Shown here: positions 54,433 to 63,471 of the stretch, in pieces
Position numbering within the stretch: position 1 is the stretch's first letter
Layout of the letters: each line of letters starts with the position of its first letter
Assembly (NCBI GenBank): GCA_965202665.1
Contig: OZ241841.1
Span: forward strand, 1,632,001-1,696,000
DNA: 64,000 bases
Direction: 5' to 3'
Source: Candidatus Spongiisociaceae bacterium
Lineage (GTDB): Bacteria > Actinomycetota > Acidimicrobiia > Spongiisociales > Spongiisociaceae
Translations under genes and position numbers: made by a program
Notes under the pieces: model-generated
Seen by the model: only the letters and a program-made list of their open reading frames with translations
Database searches by the model: none
Told to the model about the DNA's origin: nothing

Positions 54433-55240
54433 TCAGTCGGCAAACTTGGCAGGGGTTTGGGGGTGGGGGGTGGGCATCAGGCGATGGCGGGGCGGTTCCG
54501 ATGTGGTTGTGCGCTCCGGCCGTTGTCGGGGGGCCGATGACGGCGGCTGGAATCGTCCGGGGTGGGCTGGTATCCGTCGGGCATCGTTCTGCTCTTGGTA
54601 GGTGCCTGACATTTGGCGGGGGAGCCAGCGGAGTGTCCGGGTTCGGATGTCGCCTTCTGTGGGCAGTTGGGCGAGGGCGGTGCGTAGTCGGGGCGGTGTC
54701 ATCCCGGCCCGTTCGCAGAGGGCTTGCGTGACGGTGCGTCCCGTTTTTCTTATGGCTTCGTAGTTGAGGTTGCCGTCGAAGTCGCTCCATGAGGCTGCGG
54801 CGTAGCAGACTGCGGTTATCCGGTATGGCTGGGGCTGGTTCGTCCAGGGCATCCAGGCTTTTCCGTGTTCGGCCAGCTGGGCGACGTCGGGCCGGTGGCG
54901 GAAGCGTATCGGACGGCCGGGTGATCTGCTGATTTGGAAGACTTCGTAGGTTTCGAGGTCGGCGACGGCCCGTTTGGCGGTGGCGACCGAGCAGGCCATT
55001 GCGGGGGCAAGGTCGGATAGGCGAATGATCGCATAGTGAGCGCAGGTCAGTCCGGTGGGATGGTTGCGCGGGGCGATGGTCGTGTAGGCGGCGGGCGACT
55101 TGGGCGGCGGCGGCTCGTGCGGCGGGTGACAGTCCGTGGGGTAGGAGGCGGTGCGGGAAAGGCCAGCGGAGTACCGTCTGCCTGCGAAGTTCGCCGTTGG
55201 GAGGGTGTCCGGCGGGAACGGACTTGGGGGTTGGGCGCAT
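54433..55240 (-). pseudogene. Probable frameshifted winged-HTH protein gene (mobile-element remnant)
   Basis: Removing one base near 55093 joins ...GLSPAARAAAAQVA to AAYTT...IRLSDLAPAMACSVATAKRAVADLETYEVFQISR (HTH-like); a second HTH-like stretch TQALCERAGMTPPRLRTALAQL follows. Confidence 0.45.
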
Positions 55241-55439
55241 GATTCTTTTTCGCCTGCCCGTTCAGGTCAAACCGCGGGCGGCCTCCTTTCAGCGTCGGAT
55301 GCGTCGCCGGTCGCTGCTCCGAAGTTCGAGGGGATGGTCAGATCTCGGTCGGCGGCCAGCCGTTGGGGGATGGGGTTTCTCCGGACGCGGTTGAGACTGG
55401 GGGGCGGTCGCCGCGGATACCGTAAAAGTGCCCTTTACC

Positions 55440-56854
55440 GGCTCTTCGCGTTTGAGGGGGGAGTTGGGGGTTAGGGGGGTTGCGCTGGTTTTGGGGTGGG
55501 GTCCTCCATAATCGGGGTTGTAAACATATTCCCGAGGGTTAGGAGGAACCCTGTGGTGGCTGATTGTAGGCGGGTGAGTAGGGTTTTGGCGGGGGTTGGT
55601 GGGTGTTGAGGTGGTGGGGGCGGAGGAGACGTCCGGGGGGCTGGTGGTGGGGGTGCGGTTGGTGGGGAGGCCGCGGTGCGGGTGGTGTGGGGGCGGGGTG
55701 TTGAGTAAGGGTTTGAGGAGGGCGCGGTTGGTGGATCAGGCCTGTTTCGGCCGGGCGGTGATTTTGGAGTGGTCCAAACGCCGGTGGCGGTGTCCTGATG
55801 CGGGGTGCGGGGTGGGGTCGTTTACGGAGCAGGACCCACGGGTAGCCCCGCCGCGGGCCCGGTTGACTTCTCGGGCGGGTCGGTGGGCGACGCAGCAGGT
55901 AGGCCGGGGGCGGACGGTGTCGGGGGTGGCGGAGGAGCTGGGTTGCTCGTGGCATACGGTGTCCAAGGAGGTGAACCGGTGGGGGGAGGCCCTGCTGGAA
56001 GCCGACCAGGATAGGGTGGGGATAGTGGAGGCTTTAGGGTTGGACGAGACCCTGTTTCTCCGTCAGGGCCCTTGGCGGCGGAGGATGTGGATAACCGCGG
56101 CGGTGGACATCCGCAACCGTCGGCTGATCGACGTTTTCTCAGGAATAAGACGCCAAAGGAGCCGTCCGCTGGCTGCTGGACCAGCCGGCCTGGTGGCGGG
56201 AGAAAATACGATGGGCCCTCCTCGATCTGTCCGGAGCTTACCGGGCCGCCTACCAGCGGGCGTTGCCCAACGCCGTTCAGATCGCCGACCCGTTCCACGT
56301 CGTCCGGCTGGCCAACCTGTGCCTGGACCGGGTGCGCCGCCGCGTGCAAGAAGAAACCCTGGGACACCGCGGACGGAAAGGCGACGACCTGTACCGGATA
56401 CGCAAACTCCTCACCCTCGCCCGCGAACGGCTCGACCCCCGCAGCGAGCAAAAACTGACCGGCCTCCTCCAAGCAGGCGACCCCCGCGGGGAAGTACGCG
56501 ACGCTTGGCACGCTAAAGAAACCGTACGGGGAATCTACCAAACCCACCATCCAGGCGAAGGCGACGAATACAACCGTCTGCTCGCCGCAGAACTCCAAGA
56601 CCAATCCTGCTCCCCCGAACTCAACCAACTCGGACGCACCCTCCACACCTGGCACTCCCAAATCGTGGCCTGGCATCACGCCCAAGTGAGCAACGGACCC
56701 ACCGAATCAGCCAACAACCTCATCAAACGCGTCAAACGCGTAGCCTTCGGATTCCGCAACTTCCGCAACTACCGAACCCGCATCCTCCTCTACGCAGGAA
56801 AACCCAACTGGAACCTACTCCCCAACCTCACTCCCCCCTAAAATCCGAAGAGCC
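55440..56854 (+). mobile_element. ISL3-family insertion sequence, 1,415 bp
   Basis: Terminal IRs GGCTCTTCGcgTTTgAGGGGGGAGT and (reverse complement) GGCTCTTCGgaTTTtAGGGGGGAGT; 8-bp flanks cCTTTACC (55432-55439) and aCTTTACC (56855-56862) match 7/8. Confidence 0.92.
55553..56841 (+). pseudogene. ISL3 transposase with two apparent +1 frameshifts
   Basis: CGWCG and KRRWRCPDAGC zinc finger, LGLDET, DLSGAY, ADPFHVV, SNGPTESANNLIKRVKRVAFGFRNFRNYRTR; frame breaks in the G5 run at 55591-55595 and at about 56146; RBS AGGAGG before GTG 55553. Confidence 0.88.
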
Positions 56855-56952
56855 ACTTTACCTGGGGGCGACGAGCGGAGGGCGGCCTCCGGGTTGAATT
56901 CCCCCGATGGTTTTTAGGTTGACGGGCGGGGAGCGTAGAATGGGGGAGTCAG

Positions 56953-57025
56953 GCCGGGTTAGCTCAGTCGGCAGAGCGCTTCTCTTGTAAAGAAGATGTC
57001 ATCGGTTCGATTCCGGTACCCGGCT
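56953..57025 (+). tRNA. tRNA-Thr (anticodon TGT), CCA not encoded
   Basis: Acceptor GCCGGGT/ACCCGGC, D arm AGCTCAGTCGGCAGAGC, anticodon arm CTTCT-CTTGTAA-AGAAG, T loop GGTTCGATTCC. Confidence 0.96.
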
Positions 57026-57075
57026 CCCGTTGCTTGCCGCCGTTTTCAGGGGTTGGCCGGTTAGCCTGACGGGAT

Positions 57076-57648
57076 ATGCCAGGCAGGCACGCCTCCGACG
57101 ACCGTTCCCGGTTCCGCCGCGACCTGTTTCGAATGTCGCTGCTGTTGCTGTTGGCGGTGGCGGTGATCGCCGGGGCCGCGGTGGGGGTGCAGTTCTTTTT
57201 AGGCGGCGACGACGCCCCGCCCCCCACTGAAGCCCCTTCCACCACCACGACCACCACCACCCTGCCCCCCACGACCACCACCACTTCCACGACCACCACC
57301 ACCATCGTCACCACTACGACCACCACCACCCTGCCCCCCACGACCACCACCACCCTCCCGCCGCTTCGGGAGCCGGCGGAGCTGACCGTTTTGGTGTTGA
57401 ACTCCACCGGCCGCACCGGGCTGGCGGGTCGCACCACGCAACGGATCGCCGACGAAGGGTATCAGACTTTGCCCGCCGACAACTTCTCGCCCACGTTGGA
57501 CACTTCCGTGATTCGCTACACGGCGGGACTGGAACGGGAAGCGGAGGTTCTGGCGGCGCAGATACCGGACGCCAACCTGGAACTTTCCGAAGAGGAAGAC
57601 CCGGCCGCCGACTTGGTGGTGGTGCTGGGGCTGAGTTTCGAAGAGTGA
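57076..57648 (+). CDS. LytR C-terminal domain membrane protein with Thr-rich linker
   Basis: MPGRHA start, one TM helix, poly-Thr/Pro linker, VLVLNSTGRTGLA...SVIRY...ADLVVVLG. Confidence 0.85.
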   Translation: MPGRHASDDRSRFRRDLFRMSLLLLLAVAVIAGAAVGVQFFLGGDDAPPPTEAPSTTTTTTTLPPTTTTTSTTTTTIVTTTTTTTLPPTTTTTLPPLREPAELTVLVLNSTGRTGLAGRTTQRIADEGYQTLPADNFSPTLDTSVIRYTAGLEREAEVLAAQIPDANLELSEEEDPAADLVVVLGLSFEE

Positions 57649-57670
57649 CGGGCCGCCGGGCCGGTGGATA

Positions 57671-58606
57671 ATGTCCGACTGGACGGGTTCGCTGGACGAC
57701 GGCGGCGGTCGGATTTCGGCCCCGCTGGCCTTGTGGGCGGCGGCTGGCCTGGCGGCGGTGGTGCTGGCCGCCCTTGTGGTGCGCGACCTGCTGTTGGACG
57801 CTTTCCTGCTGGACGTGGTTTCGTGGTGGCCGGCGTGGGCGGCGGCGGGGGGCCTGTGGTGGATGGGACGGCGGCGGGCCTCCGGGTGGCCTTCCCGTGC
57901 GGTGACGGCCGCCCCTCTGCTGGTCCTGGCCGGCTTGGCCCTGGTCGCGGCCTTGCATCTGGCCGGATGGAGCGCCCTCCCTTCTTCGGCGGCGGACGTG
58001 GCCGGCCCCTCCCCGGAGCCGTTCGGGGCCCCGGTCGGCCGGGCGGTGATCAGCGCGGTCGCCTCGGGCGAGTTGCGGCTCGGCTCGGGAACGGACGGGT
58101 TTTACCGGGCCCGTCTTCTGCGTCGGGGCGGTTCGGTCGGCCCCCCCGCCGTGTCTTCTTCAACGGCGGACGGGGTGATCCGGCTGGAAGTGAGGGAACG
58201 GGACGACCCCGGATGGTTCCGCTCCTCCGGCTGGGAGGTGGCCGTTTCCCCCGACACGGCCTGGGGGGTGGAGGCGGCGGCGGAGGTGGTGGAAGGCGAC
58301 CTGTCCGGGGTGAGGCTGTCCGCCCTTTCCCTGTCGGGGAACGGACGGTTGCGGGTGGGGGAGCCGGTCGGGCGGGTGCCGGTGCGGGTGGACGGGGAGA
58401 TGGTTCTGGAGGTGCCTTTCCGGGCCTCGGTGGAAGTGATCGGGCGGGCGGAGGTGGGACCCGGATGGGAGTTCACCGCCGACGGGCGCCGTTTCCTGGG
58501 GGACGGCCCCGGCTCTTATGTCATAGTGGCGGGCGACAATGCCCGTCTAATGGTGCGACAATGGGAACCGGAGCCGGCATCGGATACGGCTGCGGAGACG
58601 AGGTGA
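57671..58606 (+). CDS. Hypothetical membrane protein (about 3 N-terminal TM helices plus beta-rich domain)
   Basis: 311-aa ORF co-oriented and tightly spaced in the operon; hydrophobic N-terminus with WWP motif. Confidence 0.7.
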   Translation: MSDWTGSLDDGGGRISAPLALWAAAGLAAVVLAALVVRDLLLDAFLLDVVSWWPAWAAAGGLWWMGRRRASGWPSRAVTAAPLLVLAGLALVAALHLAGWSALPSSAADVAGPSPEPFGAPVGRAVISAVASGELRLGSGTDGFYRARLLRRGGSVGPPAVSSSTADGVIRLEVRERDDPGWFRSSGWEVAVSPDTAWGVEAAAEVVEGDLSGVRLSALSLSGNGRLRVGEPVGRVPVRVDGEMVLEVPFRASVEVIGRAEVGPGWEFTADGRRFLGDGPGSYVIVAGDNARLMVRQWEPEPASDTAAETR

Positions 58607-58609
58607 ACA

Positions 58610-59899
58610 ATGCCGCCTGAAGACAACACGGAAAGCGCCCTCTACGAGCGGTTGCGCCGCATGGGGGTGGGGTCGTGGAGCATCATCGGCCTGCTGGGGC
58701 TGGTGGCCATTTTGGTGTGGGCCGCCATCCGGTTGCGCATCATCTGGCCGCCCCTCATCTTCGCCGTCATCATCATCTACCTGCTGAAGCCGCTGGTGGA
58801 CTTGCTGGGCCGCATCAAAATCCCCCGCGTGGTGGGGGCCTTCATCGCCTACCTGGTGTTCGGGGGGTTGGCCCTGTTCCTAGTCGGTTTGGCGGTGCCC
58901 CTCATCGGCGACCAGTGGGCCGACCTGGTGGACCGCCTGCCGGAGGCGGTGGACAGCATCAACAACTACATCACCAACGCGCTGTCCTTTTTCAACATCA
59001 ACGTCAACTTCCAGGGGCTGGATTCGCTGGTGGACCGGGCCCGGGAGTGGCTTTCCGACCCGGCCAACCGGGATGTGATCCTGAACAGCCTGGGCTGGGT
59101 GTGGAATTTCGCCCGGGGGGTGATCCACGTGGTGGCGGTGGCGGTGCTGGCCCCGGTGCTGGCTTTTTACATTCTGGTGGACGCCCCCAACCTGCGCCGG
59201 GCCTCCCACCGCATGCTCCCCGCCGCCCACCGGGAGGAAATGCTTTACCTGTTCGGGCAGATCGGACGCACCGTGGGGGGGTTCATCCGGGGGCAGTTGT
59301 TCGTGGCCCTCATCGTGGGGGTGTTTTCCAGCATCACCCTGTGGGCGCTGAACCTTCCTTTCTGGCTGATTGTGGGGATGATGGCCGGGCTGTTGAACAT
59401 CATTCCTTTCATCGGGCCGTGGGTGGGCGGGGTGCTGGGGGTGTCCACCGCGCTGATAGTGGGGGAGCCGGTGAAAGCCCTGTGGGTGGGGCTGGCCTTC
59501 GTGCTCATTCAGCAGGTGGACAACCATCTGATCAGCCCGCTGGTGCTGCGGGTGGCGGTGCATTTGAGTCCGGCCACCATCGTGCTGTCGCTGCTGGCCG
59601 GGGGGTCGCTGGGCGGGGTGTTCGGGGTGCTGATAGCGGTTCCTTTCACCGGGGTGCTGAAAGTGCTGGCCGGCCATCTGTGGCGCACCCGGGGGTTGGG
59701 GGAGCCGTGGGACAGGGCGTTGGCGGGGATAGTGGTGGAACGGGAACCGGAGCCGATCAAACAAAAAGTGCGCCGGGTGTCGGACCGCCTGTCCGGGGAC
59801 GGCTCTTCCAGGGACGGCTCCAGCCCGGTTTCCGATGCGGCGGAAGACGGGGGCGCGGACGACGGCCCGGCGGCGGAGGAACCCAAATCCGAGAGGTAG
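58610..59899 (+). CDS. AI-2E family transporter
   Basis: YLLKPLVD, GGFIRGQLFVA, NIIPFIGP, QQVDNHLISP, GVFGVLIAVP. Confidence 0.92.
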   Translation: MPPEDNTESALYERLRRMGVGSWSIIGLLGLVAILVWAAIRLRIIWPPLIFAVIIIYLLKPLVDLLGRIKIPRVVGAFIAYLVFGGLALFLVGLAVPLIGDQWADLVDRLPEAVDSINNYITNALSFFNINVNFQGLDSLVDRAREWLSDPANRDVILNSLGWVWNFARGVIHVVAVAVLAPVLAFYILVDAPNLRRASHRMLPAAHREEMLYLFGQIGRTVGGFIRGQLFVALIVGVFSSITLWALNLPFWLIVGMMAGLLNIIPFIGPWVGGVLGVSTALIVGEPVKALWVGLAFVLIQQVDNHLISPLVLRVAVHLSPATIVLSLLAGGSLGGVFGVLIAVPFTGVLKVLAGHLWRTRGLGEPWDRALAGIVVEREPEPIKQKVRRVSDRLSGDGSSRDGSSPVSDAAEDGGADDGPAAEEPKSER

Positions 59900-59914
59900 C
59901 GGGGCGCATCGGCC

Positions 59915-60880
59915 GTGATCGTTGATTTGGCTTTGGCCGGTTTGGGGGCGCTGGCCTTGTATCGGGGCTACCGCCGGGGTTTTCTGCGGGGGGCGGCGGT
60001 TTTGGTGGCGGCGGTAGCGGGGGCGTTTCTGGCGTTCCGCATCAGCGGCCCCGGAGGGGAGTTGGTTCGTTCTTGGACCAACGTCAGCCCGTTGGCGGCC
60101 TCGGCCGCGGCGGGTATAGCGGTTTTCGCGGCGGCGTTGGCGGCGGGGGCTTTCCTGTCGGCCTGGTTGGTGAAGTTCCTGGGGCCGTTGCGTTTGTTGG
60201 ACCGGGTGGCGGGGATGGCGGTGGCCCTGGTTTTGTTTTTGGTGATGTCGGCGTTGTTTCTGCTGTCGGCCACCGCCCTGTCGGTTAATCCGACTTTGGA
60301 CCGCATGCTGGCCGATTCTTCCGCCGCCCGGTTGGTGACCGAGCAGGGGGCGCGGGTCAAATCGTGGGTGAGCGGGCTGGCGGGCGACCGGGTTTTGGAG
60401 TCGCTGGTGAACCTGCGGCGGTTGCTGGGAACGGAGTCGGTGGTGTTGGAAGGGTCGGCGGTGCGGGAGCTCCCGGCGGCGGCGGAGGACGATTTGGCGG
60501 CGGACGCGGAGGCGGCCCGGGAGTTGTTCGACTTGGCCAACCTGGCCCGGGTGGAGGCGGGGGCGAGCCCTCTGGCCTGGTCGCCCGTCTTGGCGGAGGC
60601 GGCCTCCGCCCACGGGCGGGAAATGTACCGGGAAGGGTTTTTTTCCCACGTCTCGCCGCAGTCGGGTTCGGCGGCGGAGCGGGTGGCCGGAGCGGGGATT
60701 CCGTTCGTGGTGGTGGGGGAAAATCTGGCTTTGGCCCCCACCGTGGCGGTGGTTCACCAGGGCTTGCTGGAGTCGCCGTCCCATCGGGAGACGATGCTGG
60801 ACGCCCGGTTCGTGCGGGCGGGGGTGGCGGTTTGGGAGGGCCCGCTGGGCCTGATGACCGTACAAGTTTTCACCGGATGA
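59915..60880 (+). CDS. CvpA-family membrane domain fused to a CAP (SCP) domain
   Basis: IVDLAL...GYRRGF...LDRVAG (CvpA); NLARVEAG..PL, AHGREM...FFSH, GENLA, SPSHRETML (CAP). Confidence 0.85.
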   Translation: MIVDLALAGLGALALYRGYRRGFLRGAAVLVAAVAGAFLAFRISGPGGELVRSWTNVSPLAASAAAGIAVFAAALAAGAFLSAWLVKFLGPLRLLDRVAGMAVALVLFLVMSALFLLSATALSVNPTLDRMLADSSAARLVTEQGARVKSWVSGLAGDRVLESLVNLRRLLGTESVVLEGSAVRELPAAAEDDLAADAEAARELFDLANLARVEAGASPLAWSPVLAEAASAHGREMYREGFFSHVSPQSGSAAERVAGAGIPFVVVGENLALAPTVAVVHQGLLESPSHRETMLDARFVRAGVAVWEGPLGLMTVQVFTG

Positions 60881-61037
60881 TCCGTTTCCCCAAACCCCGC
60901 TCCGGCCCGGCGTTTTCCCCGCCGCCGCCCCACCGCCCCCGCAACGGCATTAGCGTAAAGGCGGAGGCCAGGTCGTCCGCTAGAGCAGGATCTGTTTGCA
61001 GGGGCTTGGCCGGGCCGGGTTTGCCGGAGGTGTGAGG

Positions 61038-61823
61038 ATGGGCGACGAGACCGGGATGCGGGCGGCTTTCGTAGCCGCCTACGAGCCGTATGTCCGGGCG
61101 GCGGCGGAGGCGCGGCTGGCCGAGGCGGGCTTGACGGTCGATTCTCCGGAGGCGGAGGCGGTTTTCGCCCGGGAGAGTTTGGCGGAGTCGATCGGACGGG
61201 GCCGGTCGTGGCTGGCGGAGCGGTTGGGGGAGTTGCTGTCGGAGCCGTTCGCCGGGCAAAGGCGGGGCCCGTTGGAGCTGGTTCAGGAGGCGATGAAGTT
61301 CCCCACCGGGGCGTTGGCGGCCGCCGGGGTTCCGCCCGCGGAGCGGGACGAGGCGGCGGTGAACGCTTTGCCGGGCGACCTCTACGATTTGGCCCCCGCT
61401 TCTTCCAGCGTTTTGGGGGAGGAGGCGTGGGCGGCGCATCTGGCTTGGGGGGCGGCCAAAGCCCGGGCGTTGCGTCCCCCGACGGTGGGCGTGCTGTCCC
61501 GAAATCTGATGGACAAGTCAAAGTTGGAGGGGGCGTTGCGGGCGGAGGGCATGCGGACGGCCCCGATGGACGGAGGCGAGTTGGCGGAGGGGCTGTCGGC
61601 GGTGTTGGTGGATTTGGAGCACCCCGCCGCGCAGGAGGCGGTGGAGCGGGCGGTAGCGGCGGGAGTGCCCTGCGCCGCTTTCGGCCCGCATGTCAATAGG
61701 GAGGCGCTGGCGGCGGCCGAGGAGCGGGGGGCGCAACAGTCGGTTCCCCGTTCGGCGGTCTTCCGGGATCCCGCCGCCCTGATCCGCCGGACGCTGGCCG
61801 GGGTAGCATCGCCCGATGACTGA
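61038..61823 (+). CDS. Hypothetical protein with C-terminal atypical receiver-like domain
   Basis: C-terminus VLSRNLMDKSKL...VLVDL...AFGPHV...AEERGA..SVPRS has the receiver beta/alpha pattern; start set at ATG 61038. Confidence 0.65.
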   Translation: MGDETGMRAAFVAAYEPYVRAAAEARLAEAGLTVDSPEAEAVFARESLAESIGRGRSWLAERLGELLSEPFAGQRRGPLELVQEAMKFPTGALAAAGVPPAERDEAAVNALPGDLYDLAPASSSVLGEEAWAAHLAWGAAKARALRPPTVGVLSRNLMDKSKLEGALRAEGMRTAPMDGGELAEGLSAVLVDLEHPAAQEAVERAVAAGVPCAAFGPHVNREALAAAEERGAQQSVPRSAVFRDPAALIRRTLAGVASPDD

Positions 61824-62397
61824 ACCGCCGGACGGCCGCCTTTTGAACATCCCGGTGTTGCTGGGCACCGTCCGCCAAGATCGCCGCAGCGAACGGGCCG
61901 CCCGATGGATCAGCGGGTTGCTGGAGGAGAGGGAGGGGGTGGAAACCCATCTGATCGACTTGCGCGACCTGAACCTGTCGATAAACGACGCCGGCCGGGG
62001 CGAGGGGGCGGCCGATGAGGGTTTCCGGTCGGCGGTCGACGCCTGCCACGGCCTGGTGCTGGTGGTCCCCGAATACAATTCGGGCTTTCCCGGTTTGTTG
62101 AAACACGCCCTGGATATGTTGCTGGAAGAGTACCGCCGCAAAGCGGTGGGCGTGGCATCGGTCAGCGTAGGCGGCTTAGGCGGGGTGAGAATGATCCCCA
62201 CCCTGCTGCCCGTGTTGCGGGACATGGGCCTGATAGTTTCCCTCCGCGACCTGCCCATCTCCAACATAGGAAAGTCCCTGACCCCGGACGGCGTCCCCGT
62301 AGACGACCGCCTGCCCGCCCGCGCCGCCGCCTTCTTAGACGACCTGCTATGGCTAACCCAAGCCCTAACCGCCGCCCGAGAATCCCCCACACCCTAA
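61816..62397 (+). CDS. NAD(P)H-dependent FMN reductase
   Basis: LLGTVRQDRRS, VVPEYNSGFPGLLKHALD, GGLGGVR. Confidence 0.9.
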   Translation: MTEPPDGRLLNIPVLLGTVRQDRRSERAARWISGLLEEREGVETHLIDLRDLNLSINDAGRGEGAADEGFRSAVDACHGLVLVVPEYNSGFPGLLKHALDMLLEEYRRKAVGVASVSVGGLGGVRMIPTLLPVLRDMGLIVSLRDLPISNIGKSLTPDGVPVDDRLPARAAAFLDDLLWLTQALTAARESPTP

Positions 62398-62402
62398 AAC
62401 GG

Positions 62403-62475
62403 CGCCCGCGGCAGGATTCGAACCTGCGACCTACCGCTTAGGAGGCGGTTGCTCTATCCCCTGAGCTACGCGGGC
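62403..62475 (-). tRNA. tRNA-Arg (anticodon CCT), CCA not encoded
   Basis: Minus strand GCCCGCGTAGCTCAGGGGATAGAGCA-ACCGC-CTCCTAA-GCGGT-AGGTCGCAGGTTCGAATCCTGCCGCGGGCG. Confidence 0.96.
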
Positions 62476-62558
62476 CCCACCCCAAAGGCTACCACCCCCA
62501 CCCCCGGCTGGCATGTCAAGACCTCGATTGCCGCCGAACCCGGACGGAATAGCCGGAT

Positions 62559-62627
62559 TTGACACCCCGGCTGCTCTGCTGTATGCTCAGCTTGTGCTCA
62601 AGTTGCTAATAAACCTGCGCTCAAGTT
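62559..62627 (+). promoter_or_regulatory. Sigma70-type promoter with overlapping direct repeats (candidate operator)
   Basis: TTGACA (62559-62564), 17 nt, TATGCT (62582-62587); GCTCAGCTT 62585, GCTCAAGTT 62596 and GCTCAAGTT 62619. Confidence 0.7.
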
Positions 62628-62688
62628 ACGCGCAAATTCATCGTAGCTCGGTAACAGAACCGATGCAGATTTGCAAAGGAGGAACGTA

Positions 62689-63471
62689 ATGGCAGAGCCC
62701 TTGTCTCTACCCGAGCCCTTTCAGGAGAAACTCCCACGATCGCCATTGCGCCTCGTGGTGTGCCAAGTGCGCCACGAGCGGATCCTCGCTGTCGCCGACG
62801 TGAGCCGGGCGTTGGAGGTGCATAAAGCAGTTCGGGACACCTTCCCCAGTATGGAAGAGTTTACCGAAGAAAAGGTTGATATGGTCGTGGGTGTAGGTAG
62901 CAGTGAGGTGAAGCGGGCGGAACCGCAACCAGGATGGAGATTTCAGTCCGAGGACAAAAAATGGACTGCGGTTATCAGTCAATCATCGTTCAGTGTGGAG
63001 ACATTAGACTATGATAGATGGGCAGAGTTTGAGGAGAGTCTTGTTAGGCTAGCCCGCGTATTTGAACGTACGTTCTCACCAAAACTTGAAAATCGATTAG
63101 GCCTACGAATGGTTGACCATATTGAATACCCTTATCCAAGTACGCCGGAAGGGTTCCGCGGTCTGATTGTCGACGAGATACTTGGCCCTATTGTCAACAG
63201 GGATTTTTCGGATTCGATTAGAGTAACCCAGAGCCTTGTTGAACTGGAGGGGCCTGGTGGTGCCACAGTAAATCTGCAACACGGTTGCCAGCGTTTTGAT
63301 GAAACCTATAGCTATGTTCTTGATCATGACTGTTTTCGTCAAATTGGTAGACCATTCAACGTGGACGAAATTTTGGAAACGGCAAATATATTCCATGACT
63401 TAGCCAAGCAAGTCTTCAGGGCTGCAATAACTGATGATTTATATAACAATTTCAGAAAGGATGAAAAATGA
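62689..63471 (+). CDS. TIGR04255-like uncharacterised protein
   Basis: LPRSPLRLVVCQVRH, WRFQSEDKKW, ETLDYDRWAEF, RLGLRMVDHI, YVLDHDCF, FHD...VF match my recollection of the family pattern; RBS AAGGAGG; low GC. Confidence 0.75.
   Translation: MAEPLSLPEPFQEKLPRSPLRLVVCQVRHERILAVADVSRALEVHKAVRDTFPSMEEFTEEKVDMVVGVGSSEVKRAEPQPGWRFQSEDKKWTAVISQSSFSVETLDYDRWAEFEESLVRLARVFERTFSPKLENRLGLRMVDHIEYPYPSTPEGFRGLIVDEILGPIVNRDFSDSIRVTQSLVELEGPGGATVNLQHGCQRFDETYSYVLDHDCFRQIGRPFNVDEILETANIFHDLAKQVFRAAITDDLYNNFRKDEK

Noticed and set aside
56140-56150. Programmed ribosomal frameshift in the ISL3 transposase
   Set aside because: No slippery heptamer, ISL3 transposases are normally a single ORF, and a second break near 55593 points to decay or sequencing error.
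56919-56941. Canonical -35/-10 promoter for tRNA-Thr (TTGACG…TAGAAT)
   Set aside because: The spacer is only 11 nt; the -10 is plausible but the pair is not supportable as a standard promoter.
57241-57360. ACC-rich tandem repeat as a separate element
   Set aside because: It encodes the ordinary poly-Thr/Pro linker of the LytR_C protein; similar linkers occur in other exported proteins here.
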